Of a stretch of 64,000 nucleotides of DNA, positions 26,701 through 41,189 are shown piece by piece. Within the stretch, counting starts at the first letter, position 1. Each line of letters begins with the position of its first letter. The position numbers and the translations under genes are program-made. This DNA is from Paragordius varius (taxonomy: Eukaryota > Animalia > Nematomorpha), in contig OZ176057.1 in assembly GCA_964247055.1 (NCBI GenBank), forward strand, positions 5,766,001 to 5,830,000, in the 5' to 3' direction. Below the pieces are notes generated by a model. That model saw only the letters and a list, made by a program, of their open reading frames with translations, made no database searches and was not told where the DNA came from.

Positions 26701-29700
26701 TATATAATAATACAAATCTAAATTAATTCTAAAATTATTTATAGTAAGTACTTGATCGGATTTAACATTCTAAAAAATATAGGACACCAAATACTATCTA
26801 TTTTAATTGGTATAATATTATATATTCTTGCAAAGAAATCTCTTTGTATAATTTTAAATATAAAAATGATATTATTAATATATCTTAAATTGAAATACTC
26901 TTTAACGTAGCCCCAAACTAATTTTCCCATATTTGGAAAGTAAAACAATTTTGTTTAAATTTAATTCTTATCACAGTCCTTGTCAGCGAATTTATTTGTA
27001 ATTAAATTTGCCTTATCGCGCAAAATAAAATGTTGACAAAAAGCATGCACATATCATTTTGCAAAGTTCAATGAATCCCACCATTAACTAAGAGATTTTT
27101 TGCTAAAACTTGTCAATATATTTACATAATAAAATATTTTAAATAACTAAAAACATTATTTTTTTATAAAAGACACAAGCCGAAAAAAACGTGATATTTT
27201 TCATTGTCATTTTTGCTTATTTTTACGGATTCATGCATTTTAATTTATGTTTTATTTCATGTTTTCCTTATCTAAAAAACTGTTTTTTTTTTCATTTTGT
27301 TAACCTGTTTAAAAAAAGATAAAAGACTTTAGATTAAAATATATATGTTTTTATGTTTAAAACTTTAAATATGATTATATACTTTATTAATATTTGCGTT
27401 AGATTAGGAATTACATTTTTTAACATTATAGATGTGATATTAAAATATTAAACCCAAAATCTTTGATATCTAGTGGAGATCGCTTAAAGAACAATAACTA
27501 TTTGAGTGTTATTTATATATCAGTATAGGCATTTAGGTTACCAATTTAATTTATTTATTGCCAATTTGCAATAAAATAGTAGCGTATGGGTAAAAATCAA
27601 AAAATGGTTAAATTAAACGTGTCTTTCCTATCTTACAACATTAAATTTATTTATTTAATTATGTGATAAAATCTCGTTTTATATACCATATACAATTTAA
27701 ATTCACCTTTGAACAATTCAAATTAACCCTGGAAATAAATTATGTCTTTTCGGGCTAATATCATATGTAATATATCTTTATGGCATAGTTTATTATTTTT
27801 TCAGTGTTATATTAATTTTAAACGAAATTTTATTTTAAAAAAATCTAAAAAAATATGTTATGGATGAATTTGAATTTGCATGGGTGAATTTGAACTGTAA
27901 ATGGTATGCAAAATCAAAAGTTTATTGAGATATCATGCTGAGAAACAAAACAAAATTTACAGTGTTTTGGGTTCTTTAATATATGTAAATGTACTTAAAT
28001 TATCACTCAATAAAATATAAAATAAATCTATAAAATAAATATCTTTTGCTCGACTGACGCGGGAATGTTAAGGAAGCTAATTTAACATATCGAAAAAACG
28101 GTAAAAGTTTGTATTACAAAAATACAATTCTTTCCATACTTTTTCGCCAAAAAGGGTTCCAAAAAATCCTATATTTATGGCATTCAAATAAAAATAACTC
28201 CTAGAAAGAGAGATAAAATTATATACATTAGCGTTTGGTAAAAAACATTGAACCGTTGAAATTAATTTATTATCATATTTAAACCATGATTTAGGTTTTT
28301 TCATAGACAAGGTTTGTTTTATACCATACTCTACTGTATACACATATTTAGCACCACCAAAGACTTTTTAATAATATACATAACAGAGAATTCTGACTCA
28401 TAATTTTACTAAACATTTACAATAAAAAATCAACGTATACCCCCTTTAAAATATTTTTATAATACATGTGTGTACTTACACTATATAATTATATTATCAG
28501 TACAATATTATAATTATATTTATACTTATTATATACAATATATGATAATTACTCATAGAGGTGTAAATTTACACCTGTCCCACTTATTAGAGTATTAATA
28601 TTTTATTATAGAAATGTTATAAAAATAATAATTATACTTAACTAACTATATAAAATATTGATATTTGGTTAAAACAATACCTTATAAATTGACCTTATTA
28701 TAAGTTTGGATTCGTAAATCCGTATAAAGTTATTTAAAGTCAGTTATATACAATATGTATTTTAATGGATGAAAACTTTAGTTGGGCCATTTGCAACACA
28801 CAGTAGTGTATGAAAAAAAAAATGTTGCATAAACAATTTTTTCCTTTCTCTTTTTTCCATACACTACTGTGTGTTTCAAATTACCCGACTATATTGTGAA
28901 ATAAGCAACCATTAAAAAGCAGACTGTATTTCCAAATTGGACATATTAATTTATTTAAACATTGAAAATAATTTTGATTTTCACTTGTTTGACAAAAGGA
29001 CAAACAAAATTTTAAAACTTGAGAAAAAAGGGGTGTACTTTATTAATTATAAGTATTGTTTTAGAAAAGTTTGAATGAATATCGATAAATACTGCTTCCG
29101 TTACATCTCGAGATTAAATTTAATAAATAAAGAACTTAATGTACATGGTTTTTAAAAAATAAAAATGTTTTAAATTGCAATTTTAAATATTATTATAATT
29201 ATGAAAGTACGATCATATCATATTACGATAGATGAAAACGAAATAAGTAAAGATAACAAATGAAAATAGTAGCCCATAGATTAAAAAAAAGGCTGTGGTT
29301 TTTTATCGTAAAAAAACCATATAAAAGATAAAATGAAAATTAATATGAAAGCGATAAAAAAACTGTCATAAAATTATATATTGTTGATAAGGTTTTGCGT
29401 TAAATAATTTTACATTTTAAAATATATAAATTGTGTAATCCGCTTATAAATTTACATTACAATTTCTGTATACAGTAACGTATGGCATAAATGAAAGTAT
29501 GTCCATAATTAAATTTACAAATATAAGGTTAAAAAATAGGGAAAGAATTTGTTTAATATCGACCATTGGTTGCTTGATACCATACACTACTGTAGAAAAA
29601 AATTATATGTAATTTGGTAGTGATAAAGCTTTCGAAATTGAAAACGAAAATTAAAAAAAATATTTTTACAAACTAACGATAAAAAAATTTTTAATCTATA

Positions 29701-29919
29701 TATCTCAAAAAATCATAAAATATTAAAACATATTTTATTTTAACCTGGAACGGCATCAGAATTATTGAAAAAGCGATCAATGGTTTCATCGTTAGGGCGG
29801 CCATTTTCCATGAAATAGCATTCATTATTTTTCTTAGATAAGGAATTTAGTGGTGGTATTCTAGAAACTTCGTTTAGATTCGAATTGGAATCCATTTCAG
29901 TATGGGGTTTTTGAACCAT
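17174..29919 (-). CDS. Extended short-chain dehydrogenase/reductase (NAD-dependent epimerase/dehydratase, DFR/aldehyde-reductase-like) fold, probably catalytically dead; exons 1-11 of a 19-exon model
   Basis: Phase-consistent GT-AG exons: 29919-29745, 26217-26144, 26067-25802, 24390-23978, 23436-23275, 21888-21749, 20661-20535, 19902-19677 (alternative donor at 19650), 19300-18852, 17856-17723, 17282-17174. SDR motifs occur in the correct order: VIAILGATDYLGAHL..KGYKVK, WENALYGCNYV, ALLKAC..KRVIVTSS, EYTEQDW, FDIVILNPVFMMGP, IIDVRDVAISH, SNYRMREILRIIPRELHQTISEM. Confidence 0.85.
20663..20708. repeat. (TA)n microsatellite (representative)
   Basis: Other long (TA)n tracts near 12400-12449, 14424-14446, 18141-18168, 52592-52625, 60944-60973 and 63411-63447, often beside TA-targeting MITEs. 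Confidence 0.95.
22892..23237. mobile_element. Foldback MITE family B copy
   Basis: TA|CCATTTACAATTCAAATTCACCCTTGAAC ... GAACTGTAAATGG|TA. Other copies near 7407-7686, 14097-14345, 17310-17610, 20805-21130, 24524-24772, 27686-27904, 33820-34160, 53455-53830 and 55028-55338. Confidence 0.88.
23560..23840. repeat. 141-bp direct tandem duplication in SDR-like gene intron 4
   Basis: CCCAAAAT(T/C)TTAGTAAAAT...GCATTTTACAGTCTTATGTTTGTGTTTAAAATCTTATAAAA at 23560 and 23701. Confidence 0.9.
26260..26453. mobile_element. MITE family C (Tc1-like, about 190 bp)
   Basis: TA|CAGTATGAGTAAGTATAT ... TACTTATTCATACTG|TA. Other copies at about 17930-18140, 32144-32305, 40918-41101 and 60933-61165. Confidence 0.85.
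29473..29592. mobile_element. MITE family D (Tc1-like, about 120 bp)
   Basis: TA|CAGTAACGTATGG ... CCATACACTACTG|TA. Related copies near 5168-5287, 28797-28873, 30890-31018, 31075-31195 and 31935-32020. Confidence 0.7.
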
Positions 29920-32900
29920 TTTTTGAGATTATTTTTCAGATTTATATGGCAAAAATAATGTTTTTTATCAAAGTTTTATTAAAGTTTTAATATTCTCCAA
30001 AATTGAAAAATCGATATTTACTGTCTTGTTCTTTTATATATCTGTGGCAAGAAAAATAAGGAATAAAGGAGGACAGTTGAAATAGAATGTTGGTGGACAC
30101 ATCCATTTGAACAGAAGTAGATAAATTTTTTCTATCTAGGAATTTTTTTAATAAAGTTAAATTAATTTTTCATATGAAAGTTATTATAATATAAAAAAAT
30201 CTTTGAATGTGAAAATAAAATTATATGCAAATAAAAAACGGTAATGAAATGTAATAAAAAACCAGATTTGTTGAGCGAGAGAGAAAATATTGGGCTGTTT
30301 ATTGTTTGCAACAATAAAATAAAATTATTCCATACAAACACACTTTCCAGAGAATATAAAAAAATCTTTGGATTATCTGATAATAATAGGAATAATTGGA
30401 ATTTCGATTCCACCAACTGTGATGAACAAAAAAAGACTGACTCGAGAAGAATATTCTGGAAAGAATTTTATTCTGATTTAATCTTAGATTTAGGAATTTA
30501 TACAAGAACTATAAAACTTTAGAATTTAAAATTAAAATAGAGTGAAATAGAAAAATGTGCTGCACAAAGAAATTTATTTGTATATATGTAGGTATATATA
30601 TATATATAGAAATAAAAGTTGTTTATAATAAAAATCGTGTCTTATTGGTATTTATACATAGTAAAAGAGAATAAATTTTAAAATTCATATGGATAAAACA
30701 ATATGTACACTAATGTACGTAGTATTAAAATATAAAAATTAAAGCGACTACTAAAAAATGTATAAAAAAAGAAATTAGCATTAATGATTAGAATTTTTAT
30801 GGTTTTTTATTTTTTTTTTAACATGCGTAAAGGAGAGGAGGGGGTTTTAAAAATTTTTTATATAAATATTACATTATTATACTAATGTATGATAATAAGT
30901 AACAAATGGTTGAAATTAAGCACCTTTTTCTAATGTAAAAACATCATTTTGATTATTTAATTGTGGACAAATTATTTTATATATTATACGCTGCTGTACT
31001 TAGAAAAAAAAATATATAGGGAAAAATAATCGTTAAATTTTATTAAGTAGAGGTAATTGGGTATTATAATTTTACAATAGCGTATGTCATAAAAAAAGTT
31101 AGTCCAAAATTTAATAACCAAAATCAATGTGGAAACATTGATAAAAAATTGTTTAATTTATTTCATTTGTTGTTTTTTACCATACGCTTCTGTAAATAGC
31201 TCTTTAAAATTAATTTATATTAAGTATATATTAAAAAATAAATAATTAGGAATTGTAAAAGTTTAATATTTTCTATGAAAAATTTTATTTTCATATCAAA
31301 TGCTAATATATGTATTTATTGTAATATAATAATGTTTCCTGCACACATAATTCCATTTATTTTTTTCAAAGGTGGTGTGGTGTAAATATTTAAAAAAATA
31401 TAAAAAATTAAAACCTAATAATTATCGTTTTATTTTTTGAATTCCAGTTTATGACCAGAAAGACAGATATATATTAACTTGTTGGAATTCAGGGATTACA
31501 TTATAAATTCTTTATTAGATTTTAAACATTAAAAGCATTGGCAAAAGTTAAAAAATTCTCTTTTTTTCCAAAACGTTTTTTATGAAATAGTTTTAAATTA
31601 TATACGAGGGATTAAATTTATTTTTTATTTTTTGAAAAATCTGACTCTCAGTATAGCTAATAATTAAGAGTAATTTTGATGGTTGTTTAATAAAAATGTC
31701 CATTTTATTCGTTGATAAATTTTATGCACAAGTCAAATAATATCGCCAACATGAGTTTATTTTTTATAGAGCTACTGTAAATGAAGTTTTAATATTTACA
31801 GAAAAAAATGTATTATAATTGATTTTGCCACATGAAATGTTATTAATACAATAAAAATTGAAATTATACGGGCAAAACTTACAGTATAATGCATTTTGAT
31901 GATTGTTTATTTCACTCATACTATAGTTGGTTGCAACACACAGTAGTATATGGAAAAACAACAAATGTTAAATAAACAATTTCTTTCTTTCTTTCTTTTT
32001 TTCCATACTTTACAGTTATGTTGCAAATTGCCCAGCTATGGTAGTGTAAAATAAGCAATCATTTAAACAACCATACTTTTTTCAATTTTTTAAACTATTT
32101 GTGTAACTAACATACATCTTTATTTCATACTTGCGATTTATTACAGTATGAGTAAGTATATATTAATAAAAAGTTTTTATATTTTGCGAAATAGCATATA
32201 CGACGCTAATAATAGTAAATGTGAAAAAAATAATAACAAGTCAATAATACTGCCCTTTGTTGTTTATGCTATTTAACCATAATTAATTTTTGCAATGAAT
32301 TACTCAAACTTAAGAGTTTAAATATAAAAGGTATGAGGTTTTTTGAACAAATAGTTGTTTTTTACATTTGTGTTTAATTTTATTTATACTTAGCTAAGAT
32401 AGTTAGAGCCTGAGTATTATAAATCAACTAAATGTGGCCAAAATACTAAAAATGGGCTTGTTTTTATGTGAAACCCAATGAAATTGAGTTTCACCCAAAA
32501 AAATATTTACTTTGATAGATAAGAAGGATATAAAAAATTCCATACTTTATTTTAAAAACTAAAATATGATAATTGTTACGTTTTTATTATATTTCGAAAA
32601 ATAAATGGAAATGGTATGATAAAAATTCATAAGAAAACGGGAAAAACGATTTTTCTATATAAATCAGTGCTGATATCTATCGCTTATTAAATTTAATTAT
32701 CCTGTCGAAAATATCCATATATATATTTAACGGTGAACAAATAATATTCTTATGTTTCTCAACAACATTAAAATAAATTTTATTTATAACGTACCTAGCA
32801 TAAAGTAACATTTGCATTTTTAAATATATAATAATTTATAATGCAGGCTTAAATTTTTTAGCCATTTCAAATAAGGTTCAAAAATTTCAATACTTTTAGA

Positions 32901-35509
32901 CAGATTCGTAAGTCAAATGCACAATCGAAAACTTATTTTTATCTAAATACAGTAAGAATTAAATTAAAAGCGAAAAATGTAAAAATATAAAGAAAAATAG
33001 TTTTTTCAAAAGACAACCATAATTTTAACTTAATTTATCTTACAAAAATTGTTTGAATACAATCTTCGAATACATAATTAATTGTGCTACCAATTTATAT
33101 CTCTATTTTATACTTTGCAGTTTAAAACGATAAGTTTATAGATTTACAAAGTATGGTGGTCTTTTAGAAAAAAATATTTGGCGTTATATTTTTACATTTT
33201 GTCCGTATAATTTTATTGTATATATAAATAGTGGTCCTCTCATGCTTTGACTGTAATTTTTCATAACTTTTGTATATCATTTGGGTTTATAAGCTATTCA
33301 ACCTAAACTAATTCGAAAAAAAAGTTAAAGAAAGATTTTCAAATTCTACAGGTTTTTCACATTTCATTATTTAATTAAAAATTCAGCTTTTTAAAATATT
33401 GGTGCTTAAGGCAGGGGCCAACAAAAATAATAGTTCTGATACCCCCTGAACACTTTTGTAAAATTGCTAAAAAATCCATCAATAATTTTATTTGCCTGCA
33501 CTTTTTTTTGGATGATTTTAATTTTCTACCTTAGAATTCAAATTAGTCCTTACATGGTCCCGATAATTGCTAAATCAAAATATTTTATAATTTTATTCAT
33601 ATGCTAGATTGTGCCCGAAACTTTTTACAGAACTAACCAAACTTTAAATAATTTTTAAAAAAACGCTCAGGTAATATTGTTTGGGTAATACAAATATTAA
33701 ATTACCTGGTCGTTTTAAACGGTGGCGTATTTGGGTTAAGCCCTATAAGCAGCTGTTTTTTAGTCGGCTTGATTTTAAATTCACATGATAAATAAGTAGA
33801 AGCATAATTTTTATAAAACATTTCAATTCAAATTCACCCTTGAACACTTCAAATTTACCCTTAAACAATTCAATTTAACCCTAAAAATAAATTATGTGTT
33901 TTCAGGCTAAGATAACTAACTCATCATTCATACTTAATATATTTTTATGGCATAGTAAATTAGTTTTTCAGTATTATATTATTTAGAGAAATTTTTAAAA
34001 ATATTTAAAATATAAGTAAACTTTCATGTTAAAAACACATAATTTATTTCAGGGGGTGAATTTGAATTGTTCATGGGTGAATTTGAATTGTTCGAGGTGA
34101 ATTTGAATTGTTAATATTGTTCGAGGGTGAATTTGAATTGATTGAGGGTGAATTTGAATATATGATCTCTCACATATGCGAAAGATTTCCCCAAATTAAA
34201 TATTATTTCTGATATCTCTTTAACTCAGGTAGGGGTCAAGTCCAATAGCGATTAATAACTGTCAGTGCCTTTAAAAAACCTCAAAATATATATTCTTAAG
34301 TTTTTTAATAGCCGATAAATGTTACGTAAATTTTTTTAATTTACATAAAAAACATATTTCACATTTATCGGGCTATACTAAGGGCAAATTTATCGAATTT
34401 TACAGTAAAAATTGAAATCATACGGACAAAAGGTAAAAAATAACGAATATTTTTCTCAAAAAGTCAACCATACGTTTTAAATCCTGATTTTTTTATTATA
34501 ACTTATTATGTAATATTGAAAAGTGTGAAATCCAGATATATATATATATATATTACTAATACAATTAATCAATTTTATATCTTACATTCATAATTAAAAA
34601 AAAGCTTATAAAGGAAAAATTTAGGTTTCAAAAAGTATGGTTGCTGTCTTTATATTTTTACGTTTTATGCATAATTATCAAATATCTTTTTAACTTTTAA
34701 AACATTTTTACTTCTAAATTTTTTGACTTTTAATTTTGAACGGGACAAAATATTGCTATAATGAATATTTTTCTAAATCTTATTTTTAAGAGGGGCGGAC
34801 CCTAGTTAAAAAACTAACTCAATCAATGGATATGCCAGTAAAAAGCAATACAAAAAACTATTATTAAATTTGATTAGGTCTGCCTGCACGTTTTCCATAC
34901 ATACTTTCTAACGCAGTAATATTTGTTCAAATACCCCATTATTTAGGGCAGAATGTCCAAAATCGCACAAATACCTAATAAAAGCTTAATATTGAAAAAT
35001 TATACAGAAAAAATGCATAAAAATATATAAACACAATTTTTTTTAAAAGAAAAGCGTATATTTCCAAACCTATGTTAAAATAACAATTTGAATTCTCGTA
35101 ATATATCTATATATATATTAAATTAAACTATATCCAAAATTTTCAAACTATTTATTTACAATTACAATTGTACAATATATAATTGATTATGTATCCAATT
35201 TCCATCTTTATTTCATACTTCATTTAAAACTCTGAGTTATATTTAAAAATAACCAAAAAAGTATGCTTTTTGTAATGGCATAAGAAAATATGGGCTGATG
35301 CCTGGGGGGTCTTAGTTGAAGGGGGGTCGGATTTTAAAATTATTTTATTTTATTTCAAAAAAAAGGTTTTTAAAAGTTATGTATTATTTATGATATAATA
35401 AATAAAAAATTACCCATTTATGAGTGTGTTCTTGACCATAGTTTGAGTTTCATAATTCCTTTAAATAGGCCACATCAGGGTATAATTGGAACTTTTACTG
35501 ATGTAATTA

Positions 35510-35795
35510 CAGTAAAAATTGAAATTATACTATGGACAAAACTAAAAAATGTAAAGATAAATATTTATTTCTAAAAGACAACCAACCATACTTATTAACT
35601 GTTGATTATAATTTAATTAAAACTCATTTTTTTAAACTCTAAAGTATATATAGAGCCACAATCAATTACATATATTACGATTGCTATTGAAAGATTTTAA
35701 TACGATATAATAAGGGATTGAAAAAGTATGGTTGTCTTTAAAAAAAATTTGTCTTTTTATTATTACGTTTTGTCCGTTTAATTCAATCTTTACTG
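35510..35795. mobile_element. MITE family A copy
   Basis: Same CAGTAAAAATTGAAATTATAC termini and AAAGACAACCAACCATAC subterminal arm. Confidence 0.8.
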
Positions 35796-35923
35796 TGAAT
35801 GATAAATTTATACAGATTTAAACTAAACTACAGTTTTAAGGGACATCGCTTCGAATGTAAAATGTCTTAAAACCCAATTTTTTCACACGTTAAGGGATCG
35901 AACTCAGAGGTAAATTAAATATA

Positions 35924-36819
35924 CCATTTACATTTTAAATTCACCCTTAAACAATTCAAATTCACCCTTGAACAATTCAAATTCACCCTTGAACAATTCA
36001 AATTAACCCTTGAACTATTCAAAATCACCCTTGAACAATTCAAATTCCCCCTTGAACAATTCAAATTCACCCTTAAACAAATCAAATTCACCCTTAAACA
36101 ATTCAAATTCACCCTCAAATAAATTATATGTTTTTTAAGATTAAAGTTACATATATTTTTATACATTATTAAAAAATCAAATTTCGTTAAAAGTTAAAAT
36201 CTACTAAAAATATCATAAACTATGCCATAAAGATAGATATATTTCATATTAATAATGAGTCATATTAGTTCGAAAACACATAATATTTTTAGGGTTAAAT
36301 TAATTGTTCAAGGGGGAATTTGAACCGTAAATGGTATAATTGGTTTACTCAGATTCGGAATTTTAAATGGTGAAAAATCTCCACATGTGAAATAAGCCTA
36401 CCTTTTACAAAAACTGACTTTGAATCTCCACGGAAATTTAACATTGGCTGCATAGTAGAGTGAAATCTCGTCACCTATAATCTATATATATACCATTTAC
36501 AATTCAATTTTACCCTTGAACATTCAAATTCACCCTCGAGCAATTCAAATTCACCCTCGAGCAATTCAAATTCACCCTTGAACAATTCAAATTCACCACC
36601 CTTGAACAATTCAAATTCACCCTAAAAATAAATTATGTGTTTTCGGGCTAATATAACTCATCATTAATATAAAATATATTCTTATGGCATAGTTTATAAT
36701 TTTTTCAGTATTATATATAGGTAATTTTTGATCTTAAAAACACAATTTCTTTTAGGGTGATTTTGAATAGTTCAAGGGGGAATTTGAATTGTTTAAGGGT
36801 GAATTTGAACTGTAAATGG
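35924..36819. mobile_element. Two adjacent family B copies (35924-36334 and 36493-36819)
   Basis: Both have TA|CCATTTAC...GTAAATGG|TA termini and 21-mer arrays. Confidence 0.85.
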
Positions 36820-38584
36820 TATATTTCCATCAAGTTATTGTATATTCATACATAATATTTAAAATATGTTTTGCAATATAAATGTTTGGTAAAAATTGTT
36901 TAATAAGGTTTTTAATTTTTATTTTATGTAAAATTAATAATTTTGAAGTTACAGTAAATTGAAATTATGCAGACAAAACATTAAAATCAAAAGACAATAT
37001 TTTTTCTAAAAAACAACCTTATTTTTTTAATCTTGATTTAAGTACTTAAATTTTTTTATAATATCTTAAAAAATCAGGCATGGCGCTTTTACAGTGAAAA
37101 ATTATAAAAAAAATTTTTTTCTAAATATAGCCCCATACTTTTTCAAACCTTAAAATACCCTATTAAAATCTTTCAAGAGCAATCGTATAATAAATGTAAT
37201 TGAATGTGTTAACAAGATACATTATTAATTTAAACTTTAGTGATAACAATGAGTTTTATTTAAATTAATCAAGATTCAATAAGTATAGTTTTATATTTTT
37301 TCGTTTTGTTTGTATAATTTCAGATTGTACTAGAGTTTTGGGTTTTACAATTCATTTTTAAAAGATTTTACTTTCGGGATAATTGTTGCCAATCGAAAAA
37401 TTGCAAAATTAGCGCAAATCATACTATCTAAAAAACATTATTTAAAACATATAAAATTACACAAATTTTATTTCATAAATTAGTAGAATCTAACTCAAGA
37501 AAGTTGTACGTCAATGTTTATATTTTTTTTGATACTGAATGGCAGAAAAAGCATTTAAACTGCAATTCATATGTGTTTAGCAAAAAATCACATTCCACGT
37601 AATTTAGGGTATAAATATGTATAAATACAAATACTTTATTTCAAAAGACAACTAACATACTATTTTAAACACAATTTTTCCTAAATAAATTATTTAAGTA
37701 TCACTAAAAAGCGGCCTTTTGAAAAAAAATATTGCCTTTATTAAAGTTTTGTTCGTATTTCAATTTTTAATGTATTACAAAAATCGATTTTCTTTGTAAT
37801 CAGATACTGCTGAAGATCACATTAAAAATCAAAATAGATATACATAATAATAAGACAAATATTATTTAAAAAACCATATTTTTTTCTAAAAGACAACCAA
37901 CCTTATTTTTTCAAACCTTAATTTTTCTTAAATAAATTATTATTAATATCAAATTGTTTGTGTTAGCAATCTATTATATCTCTATTTCAGACTTTGCAAT
38001 ATTAAATGTAGTTTATAAAAATCAAAATTTAAAAAGTATGGTTTTCTAAAAACTATTCTTTATATTTTTACTTTTTGTCCATAATAAAATTTCAATTTTA
38101 CTGTAAAAAGATCTCTCACTTTCATGAACTTTTAGAGAAAAATAACGTAAAAATGAATATTTACAGTAAAAATTGATATACGGACAGCAGGTAAAATATA
38201 AAGACAAATATTTTTTTCTTAAAGACAACCATACTTTTTGAATCTAAATTTTTTTAATATAAATCATGGTTTTAAACTACAAAATTAATATAGAAATCCA
38301 AATTGGTAATCAATCAATTATATGTGTTACGATTGTAATTAAATGTTTTTTATAAAATAAATTAAATTTAAGTATGGTTTTTTGATAAAAAAAATTCCGT
38401 ATTTTTTTACTTTGTCCTTATAAATTCAATTTTTTCTGTAATAATCTATTTTTTTAAGATGTTACAAAAATTAATAAAATTTTAAATTAAGATGACATTC
38501 CTGCTATTTTGTCTATCAAAATAAATTATTTATATCAAGTTTTTTTTAGACCCCCATTTTGTAAACTTTGTATATCAACAATTA

Positions 38585-38872
38585 CAGTACAAACTAAAAT
38601 TATACGGACAAAATGTAAAAATATAAAGGCAAATATTTTAATCTAAAAGACAACTATACTACTTAAATTTTGATTTATTTCAATATAACTCATTGTTTTA
38701 AATTGCAAAACGTAAAATAGATATAATTACTAAGACATTAAATTCTAGATTTTACAATTGTAAATAAGGAGCTTATAAAAATTAAGGTTTTAAAAAGTAT
38801 GGGTTGTCTTTTAGATAAAAATATTAGTCTTTATATTTTTACGTTTTGTCCGTATAATTTTAGTTTTTACTG
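38585..38872. mobile_element. MITE family A copy
   Basis: TA|CAGTACAAACTAAAATTATACGGACAAAA ... TTTTGTCCGTATAATTTTAGTTTTTACTG|TA. Confidence 0.85.
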
Positions 38873-40437
38873 TAATATTTAGTTGCATTTACATCTATTG
38901 AATTAAATTTGATTCGTGGATTTTCATAGTGGATTTTAACTTATATATTTTAAAACATTTTTCATTTAAATATTCATTCTGTTTAAGCATTTTAGCTAAT
39001 TAAAGTGATATAAATAATTAATTTTTACTGCTTACCGTGTAATACTATGATTTTTATACTTTTAATTCAATAAGTATTTAATAAATTAAATGAAATTCTT
39101 TGGATAGGTTTTAATTTTTTCATATTTCTTTTATTTGTCGTTAATTGGAAATTTAAGGTTTCAGGGATGGCCGTTCAATATCATATGTCTATTATTTTAT
39201 ACCCTTATAAATATCTATATTATTGTTAACACTATCTTTAACAACCATCATATATAATTTTTATGCTTTCTAACTTTCATAATTCGTTATATTATATCCA
39301 TACATCTAAATCCAAAAAAAAAAGTTTTAAAAACTTCAAATGGGCTAAAAAATACATATTCCTTTAAAATGATCATTGCAAATTGTGGATAAAATAGCAT
39401 CGGAAAGTTTTAAACAGTTAATTTACTCAATCAGCCTTTCAATTTTGCTCACTAAACCGAAAAAGTATGGCGGTTGTTTTTGAGTATCGGTATAAAATCG
39501 AGCTTCACCAATTAAACAGTTAAGGAAATTCGATCTACAGACCATCTTATAGTTTCTACCAACTCAAATCTAACTATTGCATTCATTATACCTTTCAGCT
39601 TTGCTCTTTATATCGAAAAAGTTTGCAGGTTTTTGAGTATCGATAGTTTTTCCAAATAAAAAGTTAAGGAAATTCGAATTACCCGCTAATATATTTTATT
39701 AACAGCTAACCATCAATTAACCTTTTGATTTTGCTCATTATACAGAGAAAATATGGTCTGAGTATTAAAGTCTAGTTTCGCTTAAAAAATTAATAAACCA
39801 CAGAAATAAGACCTAATATCTAATAATGGCTATACAAATAATTATTTTATAACACTCTCAGCAATTCTCAAGATGTTTTATATAGATCCCAAATTTTTAG
39901 CAAAAAAGTTTTTTGCATAGTTTGATGTTTTTAAAGAATATTATTTCAATGGAAATAAATTAATTATCTCAAAATTATTTTTATTGCATGCATACATATA
40001 ACCATAATTTATGATACAACTGAATTATAATTAAGTTGTAAGTCTTAAATGACTCTTTTACCCATATCAAGTGTGCTGATAAAATTTATTGAATGCAAAA
40101 AATATAAAATAATCTTAATATCTCCTCATTTAACAAAATACAGAACAAAATGTCCCTTGTAACTAATTGCTATTTATTTGAAACAATGATTTTGCAATTA
40201 TAAGTATAAAAAATTGATAAATTTATTTCGATTTCGCACCTAAAAAATTATGGTGCAAAGAAAAAAAATAAAATAGTTAATTATATGTTTGAATTTTAAC
40301 AGTTTTTTTTATAACCGTTAGTTTTTTTATCAACAATTATTATTAAAATTTTTAACTGTTTTTTAATAGTGCAGTATAGATAACTTTAAACTTTAACAAG
40401 GCTAAGACGAACAAGGGTAATACTAATATATACCATA

Positions 40438-40874
40438 CAGTAAGAATTGAAGTTATACGGACAAAATGTAAAAATAATAAAGACATAATTTTTTTATCTA
40501 AAGACAACCATAATAAACTTTTTACGCATATTTAACTCATTGTTTTTAACAGAATCATGATAAAAATATACAATTTACAGTTTAAATTTACCCTTAAAAT
40601 TCAAATTCACCCTTGAACAATTCAAATTCACCCTAAATTAATTATGTGTTTTCGGGAATATGAGTTATATCTTTATGGCTTAGTTTATCAATTTTTCAGA
40701 AATATTTTAATTTCAAACAAAATTTTATTTGTTTATAAATAAAGAAACAAAAAATAGAAAACTTATTTTAGGGTGATTTTGATTTGTTCAAGAGTCAATT
40801 TGAAAAGTATGGCGTTTTGGGCAGAAAATAGTTTATTAATCTTTAGATTTTTCTGTATATTTCAAATTTTACTG
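40438..40874. mobile_element. MITE family A copy containing a nested, degenerate family B element (about 40570-40800)
   Basis: Family A termini at both ends, with the B-family AATTCAAATTCACCCTTGAAC arms and core in the middle. Confidence 0.7.
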
Positions 40875-41189
40875 TATATATCATATGAAATTTTAAATTA
40901 TAAACTCTTTCAAATTACAGTATGAGAGTAAGTATATAAATTGCTAAAAAGTTATTAATTGCCAAATAGCATCTTATATAACAAAGGGGGAATTATTATT
41001 GGCTTATAATTAGAGTTTTTTCATTTTTTACTATTAAAATTCAAATAATTGCCCTTGGAAATTATTAAAAACTTTTTAACAATATATACTTATTCATACT
41101 GTAATAGCAATAAAAAAAGAAATACATTTATTTATATATATCGTTTTGCTATTATTATTAAAGAGCAATTTTATTGGTTCAGTTAAATA

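Noticed and set aside
28077-28343. 88-aa minus-strand ORF in SDR-like intron 1
   Set aside because: It starts inside a family D TIR-like sequence (TACAGTAGAGTATGG), has no recognisable motif, and fits no phase-consistent splice model.
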